Source: Candidatus Latescibacterota bacterium
GTDB taxonomy: Bacteria > Latescibacterota > UBA2968 > UBA8231
Direction: 5' to 3'
Assembly: GCA_965261395.1 (NCBI GenBank)
Contig: OZ253462.1
Span: 5,568,001-5,632,000 of the forward strand
DNA length: 64,000 bases
Under the pieces are notes generated by a model. The model was not told the origin of the DNA. It did not search any database and saw only the letters and a program-made list of their open reading frames with translations. Below, piece by piece: positions 42,601-52,043 of the stretch (within the stretch, counting starts at the first letter, position 1; every line of letters begins with the position of its first letter). A program made the translations under genes and the position numbers.

Positions 42601-43314
42601 GCCGTCTTCTACCACCAAGCCCACTTCCGGCATGGCTTGAGGCGGGTTCACCGCGCTGAGGGACAAGGCTTTGCCGCCGCCGTAGTGCAGGCGCAAGCTC
42701 GCCGGATCGACGTCGCCGAGCGACACCCCGGCGGCCTCTAAGTCGGCACCCGCTATCCTGTACATTCCCTCTTCTGAGACGAAGATCCGCAGCCAAGTCC
42801 CTTCTTGCAACGCGGCCTTGCGCGCCGACCGCTGCTTGGGTGGCAATCGCCAGTTCCTAGCTTGCTCGGGATTGACGAGCGCCCCTTGGTAGAATGCTTC
42901 GCCCCAAGGGTCGGCAACGCGGGTGCCGCCATGGCCGGTCACATGCAGGTCAACGACGATGCGATCGTACAGGGTCCGCGTCCCGTCTGCTTCGACGCGC
43001 GGAGCAAACGCCACCGGAACGACGCGCTGGCGACGCGCAAAACCACTCTCGCCGAGGAAGACCGGCTCGGGCGTAGGCACATCGTCTTCAGCGGCGCGAT
43101 CCGTCCGTGCTACGTGGGCTTCGACCAACTCCAAACGAACCTGTCCGTCGATTGGGACGCCGATCAAGGCACCGCGCCCCTGCTCCAATTCTTGGCCCTC
43201 GGGGAGCCAAACCAACCGCAGGCGCTGTGGCGTCTGTTCGCTCACACGCAATTCCGCCGTGGCCGCACTCCCGCAAAAAAGAGCGAGCGCCCAAAAGCAG
43301 CATTTGAATCTCAT
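39589..43314 (-). CDS. PorU-like C25 (gingipain-family) protein with CTD
   Basis: IYDEFSGG..DPAAIRNF, LVGDGSYDYK, IGRL, YLGHG, FTAASQVGVFDD, LFGDPA, FRVPKDI, SGINITG..GH, KVWDNFNN and YPNP CTD. Confidence 0.85.
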   Translation of the reverse strand: MRFKCCFWALALFCGSAATAELRVSEQTPQRLRLVWLPEGQELEQGRGALIGVPIDGQVRLELVEAHVARTDRAAEDDVPTPEPVFLGESGFARRQRVVPVAFAPRVEADGTRTLYDRIVVDLHVTGHGGTRVADPWGEAFYQGALVNPEQARNWRLPPKQRSARKAALQEGTWLRIFVSEEGMYRIAGADLEAAGVSLGDVDPASLRLHYGGGKALSLSAVNPPQAMPEVGLVVEDGGDGRLDADDFVLFWAEPVSRWEYALDSRSFQYRHNLYTRENAYWLGFGGGGEGRRAEQRSGALVASDPQQPTSYRVRIHEEAEQFVLNQLYSIKSGYTWYWEDFRGNARNFPVVVRQAVPEPVTVRLGFIGAPETRPRFSVRWNEETIGRVAFTIPGESGQTPVASDTLWAPMGAQEGLNHLGIVHSGNPSRFDWYEVEYSRGFVAERGELIFTYPLTGTTQFRLASFADERPRTFEVSAGLAEVVDFEFDAQAGTVIFQDRPGDVPRQYTVGGPATWKRPVRIELDLPGDLTIGGWGADWVAIYHRDFRAAAERLAQWRAEDDRFGPPLRTMAIDVQDIYDEFSGGLLDPAAIRNFLAYAAEHWDPAPLFVALVGDGSYDYKNNSALSQGNWIPPFQDGDSTYDEWYTRVVGDDLFPDMAIGRLTVQTAAEADALADKIIAYDRAPELGPWQSRVALVADDLFNRDKPLNVEKYFLNDSEYMAQNVMPKALDMTKLYIAQFPLEGQTKPRARDEFIRLFNKGALIMTYLGHGTYDRLAHEWMFLLSRDLDDVKNGGRLPLFFTAASQVGVFDDPVRISIPEALLKKEDGGVIGMICATRVGWHDTNVRLANQFYEQMYYTGRKHVPIGLALTEAKQLLLPLYSPSGPTAFRTFRNIQRYSLFGDPATRLAMPRFQVQIDAADSLHALGEVALAGQVLDAAGAPATTYEGQVWLQAFDSSEESVLEGYTYQQTGAPIFRGRFPVAEGRFRAAFRVPKDITYGGENGRISAYVWSDDSPAAFGAAEGLVLAGTAAGVEADVEGPEISLRFEGAKGTTIPRQTVLLASIEDPSGINITGETGHEIELAIDGQFFTLTELYSVQGGDYRQGVIEFPLPELEAGKHEFHLKVWDNFNNSSRATVSVAVGDDEGDAGLANVLFYPNPMRDSGYFTYELADDMRAVQIEIFSLAGRLIERLDGQTHAGYNQVPWTPPTGLANGAYIYRIEAERGSGAAVARRAVLQVAK

Positions 43315-43405
43315 AAAGTGGTATAGGTGGGATTGGTCATTGGGTCATGGCGATTGGCACTTTTAAGGTCATTCCAAGCCCCCTTTTTGTCAAGGGCATC
43401 TCACC

Positions 43406-43434
43406 TTGACTTATCGACTCAGCACCGCTATGTT
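43406..43434 (+). promoter_or_regulatory. Sigma70-type promoter of rpmB
   Basis: TTGACT-17 bp-TATGTT followed by a GGAGG RBS. Confidence 0.55.
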
Positions 43435-43461
43435 TTACTGTTTCTTAACAGGGAGGCACTC

Positions 43462-43689
43462 ATGGCCAGACAATGCAGCCTGACCAACGTTAAGGGCCTA
43501 GTTGGCAACAAAGTCAGCCACTCGCAGCGCAAAACCAAGCGCGTCCAACAGCCCAACCTCATCAAAAAACGCATCTTCATTCCCGAGGAAAACCGCACCG
43601 TCACCCTACGCCTGACCGTCCGCGCCCTACGCACTTTAAACAAAAAAGGCGTCCATCAGTTCCTCAAGGAAAACGGGATCAAGGTCTAA
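43462..43689 (+). CDS. rpmB: 50S ribosomal protein L28
   Basis: MARQCSLT...GNKVSHSQRKTKR..PNL; start re-called after GGAGG. Confidence 0.95.
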   Translation: MARQCSLTNVKGLVGNKVSHSQRKTKRVQQPNLIKKRIFIPEENRTVTLRLTVRALRTLNKKGVHQFLKENGIKV

Positions 43690-43717
43690 GCGGGCAAAAC
43701 CCTCGCCCTACGCGCAC

Positions 43718-44833
43718 ATGAACCACGGCGACGACGTAGCCGACGCCATCCAAGAGCGAGTTCGCCAAGCTCTAGCCGAAAACGCGGCCTTAAAAATTTT
43801 TGCCGGCCGCACTAAGTCCTTTCTCGGACGCCGACACGATGGAATCCCACTCGACCTCTCCGCCCTGACCGGCGTCGTCAGCTACGAGCCAGACGAATTG
43901 GTTCTAGTCGCTCGCCCGGGCACTAAGCTGAGCGAAATAGAAGCCCTGTGCCGTGGCGAAAACCAGTACTTCGCTTTCGAGCCACCCGCTTGGGGTGCGG
44001 CCGCGACCATCGGCGGTACCGTGGCCTGCAACCTCTCGGGACCGCGGCGCTTCAAAATGGGCGCGTTGCGCGATCACTTGCTCGGGGCCGAGCTAATCGA
44101 CGGCCGCGGCGAGCGAATTCGCACCGGCGGCAAAGTCGTCAAGAACGTCACAGGCTACGATCTGTCCAAGGTGCTGGCCGGCTCCTTCGGGACGCTGGGG
44201 GTGCTTACCGAGGTATGCCTCAAGGTCTGGCCGCGCCCCGAAACCCAAGCAACCCTATTCATTCATGGACTGACGCCCGCAGAGGCGTTGGAGCGGATTA
44301 TCGACTGGGCGGCGCGGCCCCTACAGATCACGGGCCTAGTCTGCGACGCCGACCAATTAGCCACCCGCGTCGAAGGCCCAGCACCAGCGGTGCGGGCGCA
44401 GCTAGCAATGCTGCGCGAAGAAGAAACGGCAGAGTCCGAGATAATAGAAGAGGCAGAGTCGCACGCCTTCTGGCGGTGTTGGCGCGAGCTCGAATGGCTG
44501 TCCCCGACCGAGGGCCAACAGCGCTGGCGCTTTTCTGGACCGCCGACCAAGATGATGCAGCTAATGGAAGCGCTAAAGGCCGAGGGACTGAGTCGCTGGG
44601 GGCTGGACTGGGCCGGCGGCTTGCTATGGGCACTGTTGCCGGTAGCCGCCCAAGCCTCGCGCTTGCAGCGCACCGCAGCGCGCCACCAAGCCCTTGGCTG
44701 GCGTTTTGCAGCCGACGGGCACAACGAAGATGCCTTTACCCCGCTCAGCACTGGCGCGGCACGCATGAACCAGATGCTCAAGCGCGCCCTCGACCCACAA
44801 GACATTTTTAACCCAGGCAAGATGTACGCCTAA
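43718..44833 (+). CDS. glcE: Glycolate oxidase FAD-binding subunit-like protein
   Basis: YEPDELV, ATIGG, SGPRR, GGKVVKNVTGYDL..GSFGTLG and LDP..IFNPG motifs. Confidence 0.85.
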   Translation: MNHGDDVADAIQERVRQALAENAALKIFAGRTKSFLGRRHDGIPLDLSALTGVVSYEPDELVLVARPGTKLSEIEALCRGENQYFAFEPPAWGAAATIGGTVACNLSGPRRFKMGALRDHLLGAELIDGRGERIRTGGKVVKNVTGYDLSKVLAGSFGTLGVLTEVCLKVWPRPETQATLFIHGLTPAEALERIIDWAARPLQITGLVCDADQLATRVEGPAPAVRAQLAMLREEETAESEIIEEAESHAFWRCWRELEWLSPTEGQQRWRFSGPPTKMMQLMEALKAEGLSRWGLDWAGGLLWALLPVAAQASRLQRTAARHQALGWRFAADGHNEDAFTPLSTGAARMNQMLKRALDPQDIFNPGKMYA

Positions 44834-46014
44834 TATATCTGGCCTGGGCGATAGTTCGGCGGCGGCGTTTCCCGTTCGCTGAGCCACAGCGCCCGCCCAA
44901 CCCGCGCCTGGACGTATTGATAGTCATAGCTCGTGTCCGGAGCGGAGATGTTGCCCTGCGACGGGTATTGGGCAATCGCCTCCTCGACAAGGTCCACTCC
45001 CAGCCCGGGCACATCCGGCACCGCGATATGGCTATCGACGATCTCGGGCTGGCCGGTCATCACCTCGTAGCGCTGCGGCACATCATCGGCTAAGTGCTCC
45101 AAGATCAGAAAGTTGGGCAGCGTGGCCATTAGGTGTACGGCCGCCATTTCGGCCACCGGCCCCAACGAACCGTCGTGCGGGGCTACCATGCAGTAGTGGG
45201 CCTCGGCCATAGCGGCGATCTTCTTCATCTGCCACAGGCCCCCAGCGCGCCCTGTATCGGGCTGTACCACATCGATAATCTCGCGCTCAATCAGCTCCTT
45301 TACTCCCCAAATGGTAGCGTGGCGCTCGCCCGTGGCAATGGGAATGTCCACTGCGTCGGAAACCCGAGCGAGGGCGTCGATGTTTTCAGGGGCTACTGGA
45401 TCTTCGTAAAACAGCAGGTCGTAGTCTTCGAGTGCGTGGCCCAAGGCAATGGCATCGCGCGTCGTCAGCCAAGGCGGCCCGTGGACGTCGACCATGAGAT
45501 CCACCTCGTCGCCAACCTCTTTGCGAATGGCAGCGACCGTTTCGACGCAGTTTTTGATCCCCCCGGTCTTTATCGCCGTATAGCCTTGATCGACCAAAGC
45601 ACGCGCCCGCTCTTTCTCGTGCGCGTGAGCATATACTCTCACCCGATCGCGCATCTTGCCGCCCAACAGATTCCACACCGGCTGCCCAAGGGCCTTGCCC
45701 TTGATGTCCCACAGGGCCATCTCAATGCCGGTCATGGCACCAGAGCCGACAATGCCGGTCATGCCGTGCCCCATCATCGCCACCTGCATCTTGCCCCACA
45801 GCCGCTCGATGTGGAAGGGATCTTCACCGATCATCAAAGGCGTCAGGTCGTGGATGGCCGTTTCGACCACGCGCGGCCAGCCCGACGCCTCGCCCACTCC
45901 ATAGATGCCGGCGTCGGTCTCGACCTTGACGAAGAGCCAGTTGCGCGCCGACCAACCGCTCGCCTGCGGAGGTGCGCACTGCATTAAATAGGTCTTGATT
46001 TGGGTGATTTTCAT
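44830..46014 (-). CDS. Mandelate racemase/galactonate dehydratase-family enzyme
   Basis: NWLFVKVETD, ALWDIKGK, MVDVH, YEDP, ATGE, QPD and PGLG motifs. Confidence 0.85.
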   Translation of the reverse strand: MKITQIKTYLMQCAPPQASGWSARNWLFVKVETDAGIYGVGEASGWPRVVETAIHDLTPLMIGEDPFHIERLWGKMQVAMMGHGMTGIVGSGAMTGIEMALWDIKGKALGQPVWNLLGGKMRDRVRVYAHAHEKERARALVDQGYTAIKTGGIKNCVETVAAIRKEVGDEVDLMVDVHGPPWLTTRDAIALGHALEDYDLLFYEDPVAPENIDALARVSDAVDIPIATGERHATIWGVKELIEREIIDVVQPDTGRAGGLWQMKKIAAMAEAHYCMVAPHDGSLGPVAEMAAVHLMATLPNFLILEHLADDVPQRYEVMTGQPEIVDSHIAVPDVPGLGVDLVEEAIAQYPSQGNISAPDTSYDYQYVQARVGRALWLSERETPPPNYRPGQIY

Positions 46015-46096
46015 AGCGGTCTCCCCGTGTTGCGATGGAGCGACAAGTATAAGCCATAGAGTGAAATCAATCCATTGCCGGCACTCTGTGCGCAGA

Positions 46097-46125
46097 TTGA
46101 CAGGTATATTTTCAATACTTAGCTT
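46097..46125 (+). promoter_or_regulatory. Sigma70-type promoter upstream of the polyprenyl synthase gene
   Basis: TTGACA-17 bp-TAGCTT in an AT-rich intergenic region. Confidence 0.55.
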
Positions 46126-46173
46126 CTAAATTTTCTATTTATTAGGGATTTAATTCTGACAGATACCTTTCTC

Positions 46174-47142
46174 ATGGATCCCTGTATAGGTTTGATCGAT
46201 CAAGAACTGGCCCGGTTTGAAAAGCGGCTCAACGCCGAGCTCAACGCCGATGTCGAGCTGGTCCACGTCATTGCCCGCTACATGGCCACACTCAAGGGCA
46301 AGCGCCTCCGGCCGGCCCTCATCCTGCTCGTGGCCAAAGCGTCTGGCGATTGGAACGAACAGCTAATCGACACGGCCGTGGCTGTCGAGATGATTCACGC
46401 CGCTACCATGGCCCACGACGACGTAGTGGACTCAGCGACCGTGCGCCGGGGTCGAGAGACGGTCAACGAGCGCTGGAGCGGGCAGATCGCCGTACTCATG
46501 GGCGACTTTCTCCTCGCGCGGGCACTGCGCTTACTGATCGAAATCGGCAATCTACAGGTCCTGAGCGTGGTTGCGCACGCCACCGAGCGGCTGAGCACGG
46601 GCGAAATATTTGAAATTCAGATCGGCACTCAGTGCGATACGCGCGAAGAGTCGTACTTTGCCATGGTCAGCGACAAGACGGCTTCTCTGATCTCGGCCGC
46701 AACGCGGATTGGCGCGATCCTCGCCGGCGCATCGGACGATGTCGTACAATCTATGGGGCGCTACGGAGAGTCGCTCGGCCGCGCCTTCCAAGTCGCCGAC
46801 GACATCCTCGATCTCACTAGCGATCAGGCGACCATGGGCAAGCCCGTCGGACACGACCTGCGCGAAGGCAAGATCACCTTGCCATTGATACGCGCTTTAC
46901 AGGAAGCCCCCTCAGGAGCGCGGGTCGAGATGGAGGCTCTTTTGTCCCAACCGGACAAGGACGAAGCAGAATGGGGGCAGATCGTAGCCTTTGTCGATAA
47001 GCACCAAGGAGTCGCCGCCGCCGCCGAGACCGCGCACAAATACGCCGCCCACGCTCAAGAATGCCTAGAGGTACTGGCCCCTTCTCCGGCCCGCGCAGCG
47101 CTAGGACGAGCCGTGCAGCTCGTCGTCGAACGCAACAATTGA
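46174..47142 (+). CDS. Long-chain polyprenyl diphosphate synthase (IspB/HepT-like)
   Basis: GKRLRP, HDDVVD..RRG, KTASL, FQVADDILD and GKP.G.DL motifs. Confidence 0.92.
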   Translation: MDPCIGLIDQELARFEKRLNAELNADVELVHVIARYMATLKGKRLRPALILLVAKASGDWNEQLIDTAVAVEMIHAATMAHDDVVDSATVRRGRETVNERWSGQIAVLMGDFLLARALRLLIEIGNLQVLSVVAHATERLSTGEIFEIQIGTQCDTREESYFAMVSDKTASLISAATRIGAILAGASDDVVQSMGRYGESLGRAFQVADDILDLTSDQATMGKPVGHDLREGKITLPLIRALQEAPSGARVEMEALLSQPDKDEAEWGQIVAFVDKHQGVAAAAETAHKYAAHAQECLEVLAPSPARAALGRAVQLVVERNN

Positions 47143-47154
47143 CGCGACTAGCCC

Positions 47155-48198
47155 ATGCTCAAGCGCAGTCTGCTGGCCGTAGGCGGTTTGGCCGTGGTCC
47201 TGTACTTTCTGCCGTCGCCCCAGCCCGTCGCGCCGGTGCGCGCAGACCGCCTCTTGTTGGGAACCCTCGTCACGGTCAAGCTCTACGGAGACGAAGCAGT
47301 AGTTCGCCCGCACCTAGAAGCGGCGTACGCGGAGATCGCCCGCGTCGATTCGTCGATGAGCCACTACCGCGAGGACAGCGCATTGCGGCGACTGGAACAG
47401 CAGGCGCGGCTCGCTCCAACGCATGGCTCGGCCGGACTGATTGCGGTCTTGACGCGCAGCCAGCACTTTGCCGCGTTGACAGATGGAGCTTTTGACTGCA
47501 CGGTGGGAGCCTTGACGGGCCTGTGGAACTTCCCCGATGCAGTAGCGCCACCCACCTCGGCGCAGATTGATTCAGTGCTGGCGCTGATGGGCTACGAAGG
47601 GTTGGAAGTTGCGGCCCAAGCCCAGTCATTTCGGATCAACAGGCCGGGGCTGCGGTTGGATCTGGGGGCGGCGGCCAAAGGCTACGCGGTTGACCAAGCC
47701 GTGGCGGCGATGCAGGAGCTAAGGGTGGAAGCCGGGGTGATCGAGGCCGGGGGCGATATTCGCTATTGGGGCGAAAAACCGGACGGGCGGCCTTGGCTCT
47801 TTGGGGTCCAGCACCCGCGCGCCCCAGAGCAATACATAGCAGTCGAGGACCTCGGACTCGCGGCGATCGCGACCTCCGGCGACTACGAGCAGTACTTTAA
47901 TTGGGAGGGCGAGCGCTATCACCACCTGCTCGACCCCAAGACCGGCCATCCAGCACGGGAGTGCATAAGCGCAACCGTGTGGGCTGCGACCGCACTGGAT
48001 GCCGATATCCTGTCGACCGCAGTCTTCGTCTTAGGGCCTGACCAAGGGCTCGCGCTCGTCGAGGGCCTAACGGACGTCGAGGGCTTCATTTTTTTTGAGC
48101 GAGATGGGCAACTCATGCACCGGGCGTCAACCGGGCTGCGTGGCCGCTTTCGCTTTTGCAATAGCAATGAACTTTCGCCGGGCTGTGCTCGGCAATAG
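47155..48198 (+). CDS. apbE: FAD:protein FMN transferase
   Basis: LGT, GAFDCTVG, DLGAAAKGYAVD, GGD, ATSGDYE and HHLLDPKTG motifs. Confidence 0.92.
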   Translation: MLKRSLLAVGGLAVVLYFLPSPQPVAPVRADRLLLGTLVTVKLYGDEAVVRPHLEAAYAEIARVDSSMSHYREDSALRRLEQQARLAPTHGSAGLIAVLTRSQHFAALTDGAFDCTVGALTGLWNFPDAVAPPTSAQIDSVLALMGYEGLEVAAQAQSFRINRPGLRLDLGAAAKGYAVDQAVAAMQELRVEAGVIEAGGDIRYWGEKPDGRPWLFGVQHPRAPEQYIAVEDLGLAAIATSGDYEQYFNWEGERYHHLLDPKTGHPARECISATVWAATALDADILSTAVFVLGPDQGLALVEGLTDVEGFIFFERDGQLMHRASTGLRGRFRFCNSNELSPGCARQ

Positions 48199-48216
48199 CG
48201 GAGTAAAGACAAATTT

Positions 48217-50733
48217 ATGAAACGCAACCGGAAACTCGTGCTGATCTTGGCACTGATCGCCGCCGCAGTGTACTACCTGCTGCCGAGCGTGGAATTTTAC
48301 AGTATGACGAACGACGGGCGAGAAGCCTTGGGGCTGAAGGCCCCCGAACAGCTCGCCGATCTGAAAAAGCGCTCGCTCAACTTGGGGCTGGACTTGCAGG
48401 GCGGCATCCACCTCGTCCTAGAGGTCAAGACTGAGGGGATGGAGCAGCAGGAAGCCCAAGATGCGGTCGCTCAGGCGCAGGAAGTCATCCGCAACCGAGT
48501 CGATCAGTTCGGGGTAGCCGAACCGACCATCCAGCGCCAGGGCGATAACCGCATCATTATAGAGTTGCCCGGCGTCCAGGACGTGCAGCGTGCCAAGGAT
48601 CTAGTGGGCCAGACCGCACTCCTCGAATTCCAGCTCCTCGAGCCCTCTGAGGATCGCACTCGCCTGATCCAGCGCATCGACCAAGTGCTGGCCCCGGAAG
48701 AAGAAGAGGAAGAAGAAGACCTCCTCCTTTCCTCCACACCGGAAAGCGCCCCCCTCTCCTCCATGCTCAACCTCGCCGGCGAAGACCTCACAGTCTCGGG
48801 CCGCGACTTGCAGCGCGTCAAGAACTTGCTCAACACCCCAGAGGCCCAAGAGCTCATTCCCGCAGACGTGGAATTTATCTTTTCGAGCAAGCCTGCCGGG
48901 GCCGAAGGCAATGAGTTCTACTTCCTCTACTTGGTGGGCAAGAAGCCGGAGATGACCGGGCACATGATTCAGGACGCCTTTGTCTCCATCGGCCAAGTCG
49001 TCGAGTACATGGGCCAGCCCATCGTCAATTTCTCGACCACCGACGAAGGAGTGCGGCTCTTCAGCCGCATCACCGGCTCGCACATCGGCGAGCGCATGGC
49101 CATCGTCCTCGACGAATCAGTGTACTCGGCCCCAGTCATCCAGAGCAAAATCAGCGAGGGTCGAGGCATCATCACCGGCAGCGGCACCCAAGAAGAGGCC
49201 AAAGACCTCGCCATCGTCCTGCGGGCCGGCGCGCTACCGGCCGAGGTCGAAATCATCGAAGACCGCACGGTCGGCCCCTCGCTTGGACGCGACTCGATCG
49301 AGCAAGGCAAGACCGCAGCCATCTACAGCATGGTGCTGATAGCGATCTTCATGATCCTCTACTACCGTGCGACCGGGCTGATAGCCGACTTCGCCCTCCT
49401 GCTCAACATGCTCTTTATCATGGCGGTCCTAGCCGGTTTTCACGCCACCCTGACCTTGCCCGGCATCGCCGGCATCATCCTGACCATCGGCATGGCCGTC
49501 GATGCCAATGTGCTGATCTTCGAGCGCATCCGCGAAGAATTGCGCTCGGGCAAGACCATCCGCGCGGCCATAGATTCCGGCTATGGCCACGCGCTCTCGG
49601 CCATTATCGACGCCAACGTAACCACGTTCCTAGTCGGCATCGTGCTTTATCAGTTCGGCACCGGGCCGGTCCGCGGCTTTGCCTTGACCCTGTGCATCGG
49701 CATTATCTTCAGCCTCTTTACGGCCTTCTTTGTGACCCGCACAATTTTTGATTTGATTACCCGGAAATCGGAGCAATCGACCCTAAGCATCGGGCCAGTT
49801 GCCCTCTTCACCAACCTGAACATCCGCTTCCTCTCGTTGCGCAACATTGGCTTCGGTGCCTCGGCGGCCGTGCTGCTCATCGGCGTGGTCTCCATTTTGG
49901 GCATCAATGGCATCCGGCCAGGCATTGACTTCGCCGGCGGTACCTTGCTGGAGTTGCACTTCGAGCCAGCCGTACAAGTCGAGGATATTCGCGGCCAGCT
50001 CGACCGCGTTCCCGTAGGCGATGCCGAGATTGACCTGAGCAAGAGCGAGATCAAGCAGTTCGGGTCGGAAAACGACATCCTCATCCGCGTCACTGAGAGC
50101 GGGGAAGGCACCGAGGTGGCCGATGGCATTATGGAGGTGCTCGAGTCCGGATTTGCCGCCAGTATCGCGGAGATGGAGTGGATTCGACGCCAAGAAAAGG
50201 TCGGCCCCAAAATCGGCAGCGAACTGAGTAGCGCGGCCGTGCGCGCCGTGTTGGTGGCACTGGCGCTGATTATGCTCTACATGGCTTGGCGCTTCCACCG
50301 CTTCCTCTACGGAATCGCCGCGGTCGTCGCGCTCTTCCACGACGTGCTCATCACCCTCGGGCTGCTCTCGCTCTTTGACATTGAGATTACCCTCGCGGTG
50401 GTCGCCGCCCTGCTGGCCATTGTCGGCTACTCGCTCAACGACACGATCGTGGTCTTCGACCGCATCCGCGAAAACCTGCACACCGCCCGCCGACAGGGCT
50501 TTGACGGCACGGTCAATCAGAGTATCAACGAGTGTCTGAGCCGCACGCTGATCACCTCGGCGACGACCCTCTTGGCAGTGCTGGTGCTGATGATTTTTGG
50601 CGGTGAGGTCAACCGCGACTTCACCATCACCTTGATGATCGGCGTCGTGGTCGGTACCTATTCGTCTATATTCGTCGCCAGCCCGGTGCTCTACCTAGGC
50701 CAACAGCGGGCCGCCGCAAAAGGGGGCGATTAA
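48217..50733 (+). CDS. secDF: Fused protein translocase subunit SecDF
   Basis: LGLDLQGG, GVAEP, VGPSLG, GMAVDANVLIFERIREE, GIDFAGG and GYSLNDTIVVFDRIRE motifs. Confidence 0.96.
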   Translation: MKRNRKLVLILALIAAAVYYLLPSVEFYSMTNDGREALGLKAPEQLADLKKRSLNLGLDLQGGIHLVLEVKTEGMEQQEAQDAVAQAQEVIRNRVDQFGVAEPTIQRQGDNRIIIELPGVQDVQRAKDLVGQTALLEFQLLEPSEDRTRLIQRIDQVLAPEEEEEEEDLLLSSTPESAPLSSMLNLAGEDLTVSGRDLQRVKNLLNTPEAQELIPADVEFIFSSKPAGAEGNEFYFLYLVGKKPEMTGHMIQDAFVSIGQVVEYMGQPIVNFSTTDEGVRLFSRITGSHIGERMAIVLDESVYSAPVIQSKISEGRGIITGSGTQEEAKDLAIVLRAGALPAEVEIIEDRTVGPSLGRDSIEQGKTAAIYSMVLIAIFMILYYRATGLIADFALLLNMLFIMAVLAGFHATLTLPGIAGIILTIGMAVDANVLIFERIREELRSGKTIRAAIDSGYGHALSAIIDANVTTFLVGIVLYQFGTGPVRGFALTLCIGIIFSLFTAFFVTRTIFDLITRKSEQSTLSIGPVALFTNLNIRFLSLRNIGFGASAAVLLIGVVSILGINGIRPGIDFAGGTLLELHFEPAVQVEDIRGQLDRVPVGDAEIDLSKSEIKQFGSENDILIRVTESGEGTEVADGIMEVLESGFAASIAEMEWIRRQEKVGPKIGSELSSAAVRAVLVALALIMLYMAWRFHRFLYGIAAVVALFHDVLITLGLLSLFDIEITLAVVAALLAIVGYSLNDTIVVFDRIRENLHTARRQGFDGTVNQSINECLSRTLITSATTLLAVLVLMIFGGEVNRDFTITLMIGVVVGTYSSIFVASPVLYLGQQRAAAKGGD

Positions 50734-50767
50734 AGCCAACCGCTTGCGGGCGGGATCGCCTCTCGCC

Positions 50768-51979
50768 ATGAAAACGATAGTAGTAGCTGCCTTTGTCCTG
50801 CTCTTGATCTACTACGGGCCGCCGCAAGATCGCCCCAGCCCCTTTGACGCCGCGTGGATGCTGGGCGCTCTGGCCCTCTTGGCCGCAGCTGGAGGCCAAC
50901 TGGCGCAGGCGGTTCGCCTACCGGCGCTGGTGGGGTGGATCGGAGCCGGGATGTTGCTGGGCACCGGCGGCTTACAACTCGTCGATATAGACGCGTTCTC
51001 CTTGCACCAAATGCTCTTTCTCACAGCGGGCCTCGGGGTCGGATTCCAAGTGGGGCTGCACGCAGTATGGCCAGCGCACGCTTGGCGCACGCTTGGGTTG
51101 GTGGCAGTGGTGACCGCGCTGGCCTTTGCCGCTGTGACGACGATCACCACCTTGCTTGGTCTGCCTTTGGAGCAAGCCGTGCTCCTCGGCGCGTTAGCTA
51201 GCTTGTGGGGACCTTTCACTGGCGTGCCGGAATTTGGACGGCGCGGCGCGCTGGTGCTGGCCGTGTTGGGGTCGGGCTGTGCCCTCGTGGCGTTGGGGGG
51301 CGCACTGATCTGGCTAGAGATCGGGGCCGAGGGATGGGCTGGACGCGTCGTCCTCTCGCTTGTGGCCGGCGGAGGGCTGGGGCTGGGGCTGCGCTTTTTA
51401 GGTCGGTTCGCCACCCCGAGTGCGACTATAGTCTCCGGCCTAGTAGGAGCTTTTTTCTTAGCGGCTCTCGTGCTGGAAGCCCTCGGGCTGATGGCTCTCC
51501 CCTGCGGGCTGATGGCGGGATTGGTGCAAAACAAGCCGCAAAGCCGCCGCGTGCGGTTGCTGCTGCACCGGGGCGCGCCGGTCGCTTTCATGCTCTTTTT
51601 CGCACTCGTGGGGACCGCGCTCGACCTCGGCGCGCTGTGGCCTCCCGCAGCCGGACTGTACGAGGCCGCACTCGTGCTAGTGGCCGTACCGTTGCTTTTG
51701 CGGGGGTTGGCCCCCATGGCGTACTACCCGCTGCCCGGTTCCCATCCAGGGCGGCGCATTGGCTGGCGACTCTTGCCGCGCGGTGCGTTGCTGTTCGAGT
51801 TGTTCTGCGGCCCGCACGGGCTGGCTCCTTACGTAGAGGCTGGCGGTCTGTTGGCGCAGGCCGTGCTCTTGGACATTTTCGTTTCGACCCTGCTCTTCTC
51901 CTCCTTATCATCGCTCGTAGATGCGAGCCTTTTCGCGGCGGAAAAGGCTCGCTCCTCAGAAGACAGCGCAACGGCCTAA
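50768..51979 (+). CDS. Multi-pass membrane protein, divergent cation/proton antiporter-like
   Basis: About 11-12 hydrophobic segments, LPALVGWIGAGMLLG, FFALVGTALD and LLPRGA, resembling CPA transporters. Confidence 0.55.
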   Translation: MKTIVVAAFVLLLIYYGPPQDRPSPFDAAWMLGALALLAAAGGQLAQAVRLPALVGWIGAGMLLGTGGLQLVDIDAFSLHQMLFLTAGLGVGFQVGLHAVWPAHAWRTLGLVAVVTALAFAAVTTITTLLGLPLEQAVLLGALASLWGPFTGVPEFGRRGALVLAVLGSGCALVALGGALIWLEIGAEGWAGRVVLSLVAGGGLGLGLRFLGRFATPSATIVSGLVGAFFLAALVLEALGLMALPCGLMAGLVQNKPQSRRVRLLLHRGAPVAFMLFFALVGTALDLGALWPPAAGLYEAALVLVAVPLLLRGLAPMAYYPLPGSHPGRRIGWRLLPRGALLFELFCGPHGLAPYVEAGGLLAQAVLLDIFVSTLLFSSLSSLVDASLFAAEKARSSEDSATA

Positions 51980-52043
51980 GTGCGCCGCTGCTCGTTTGTG
52001 TCCAACTAGGCTGATTTGTATCTTTAACGGTCTAACATTTTGT

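Noticed and set aside
48696-48720. GAA-rich poly-Glu tract in secDF, and 9-12-bp in-frame micro-duplications (near 5233, 46228, 59922)
   Set aside because: Short, in frame and imperfect; no evidence of a phase-variable function
50812-52014. Long alternative-frame ORFs (50812..51717 minus, 51205..52014 plus) and similar ones such as 57918..58838 and 43948..44811
   Set aside because: Arg/Pro/Ala-rich shadow ORFs expected at high GC, overlapping better-supported genes
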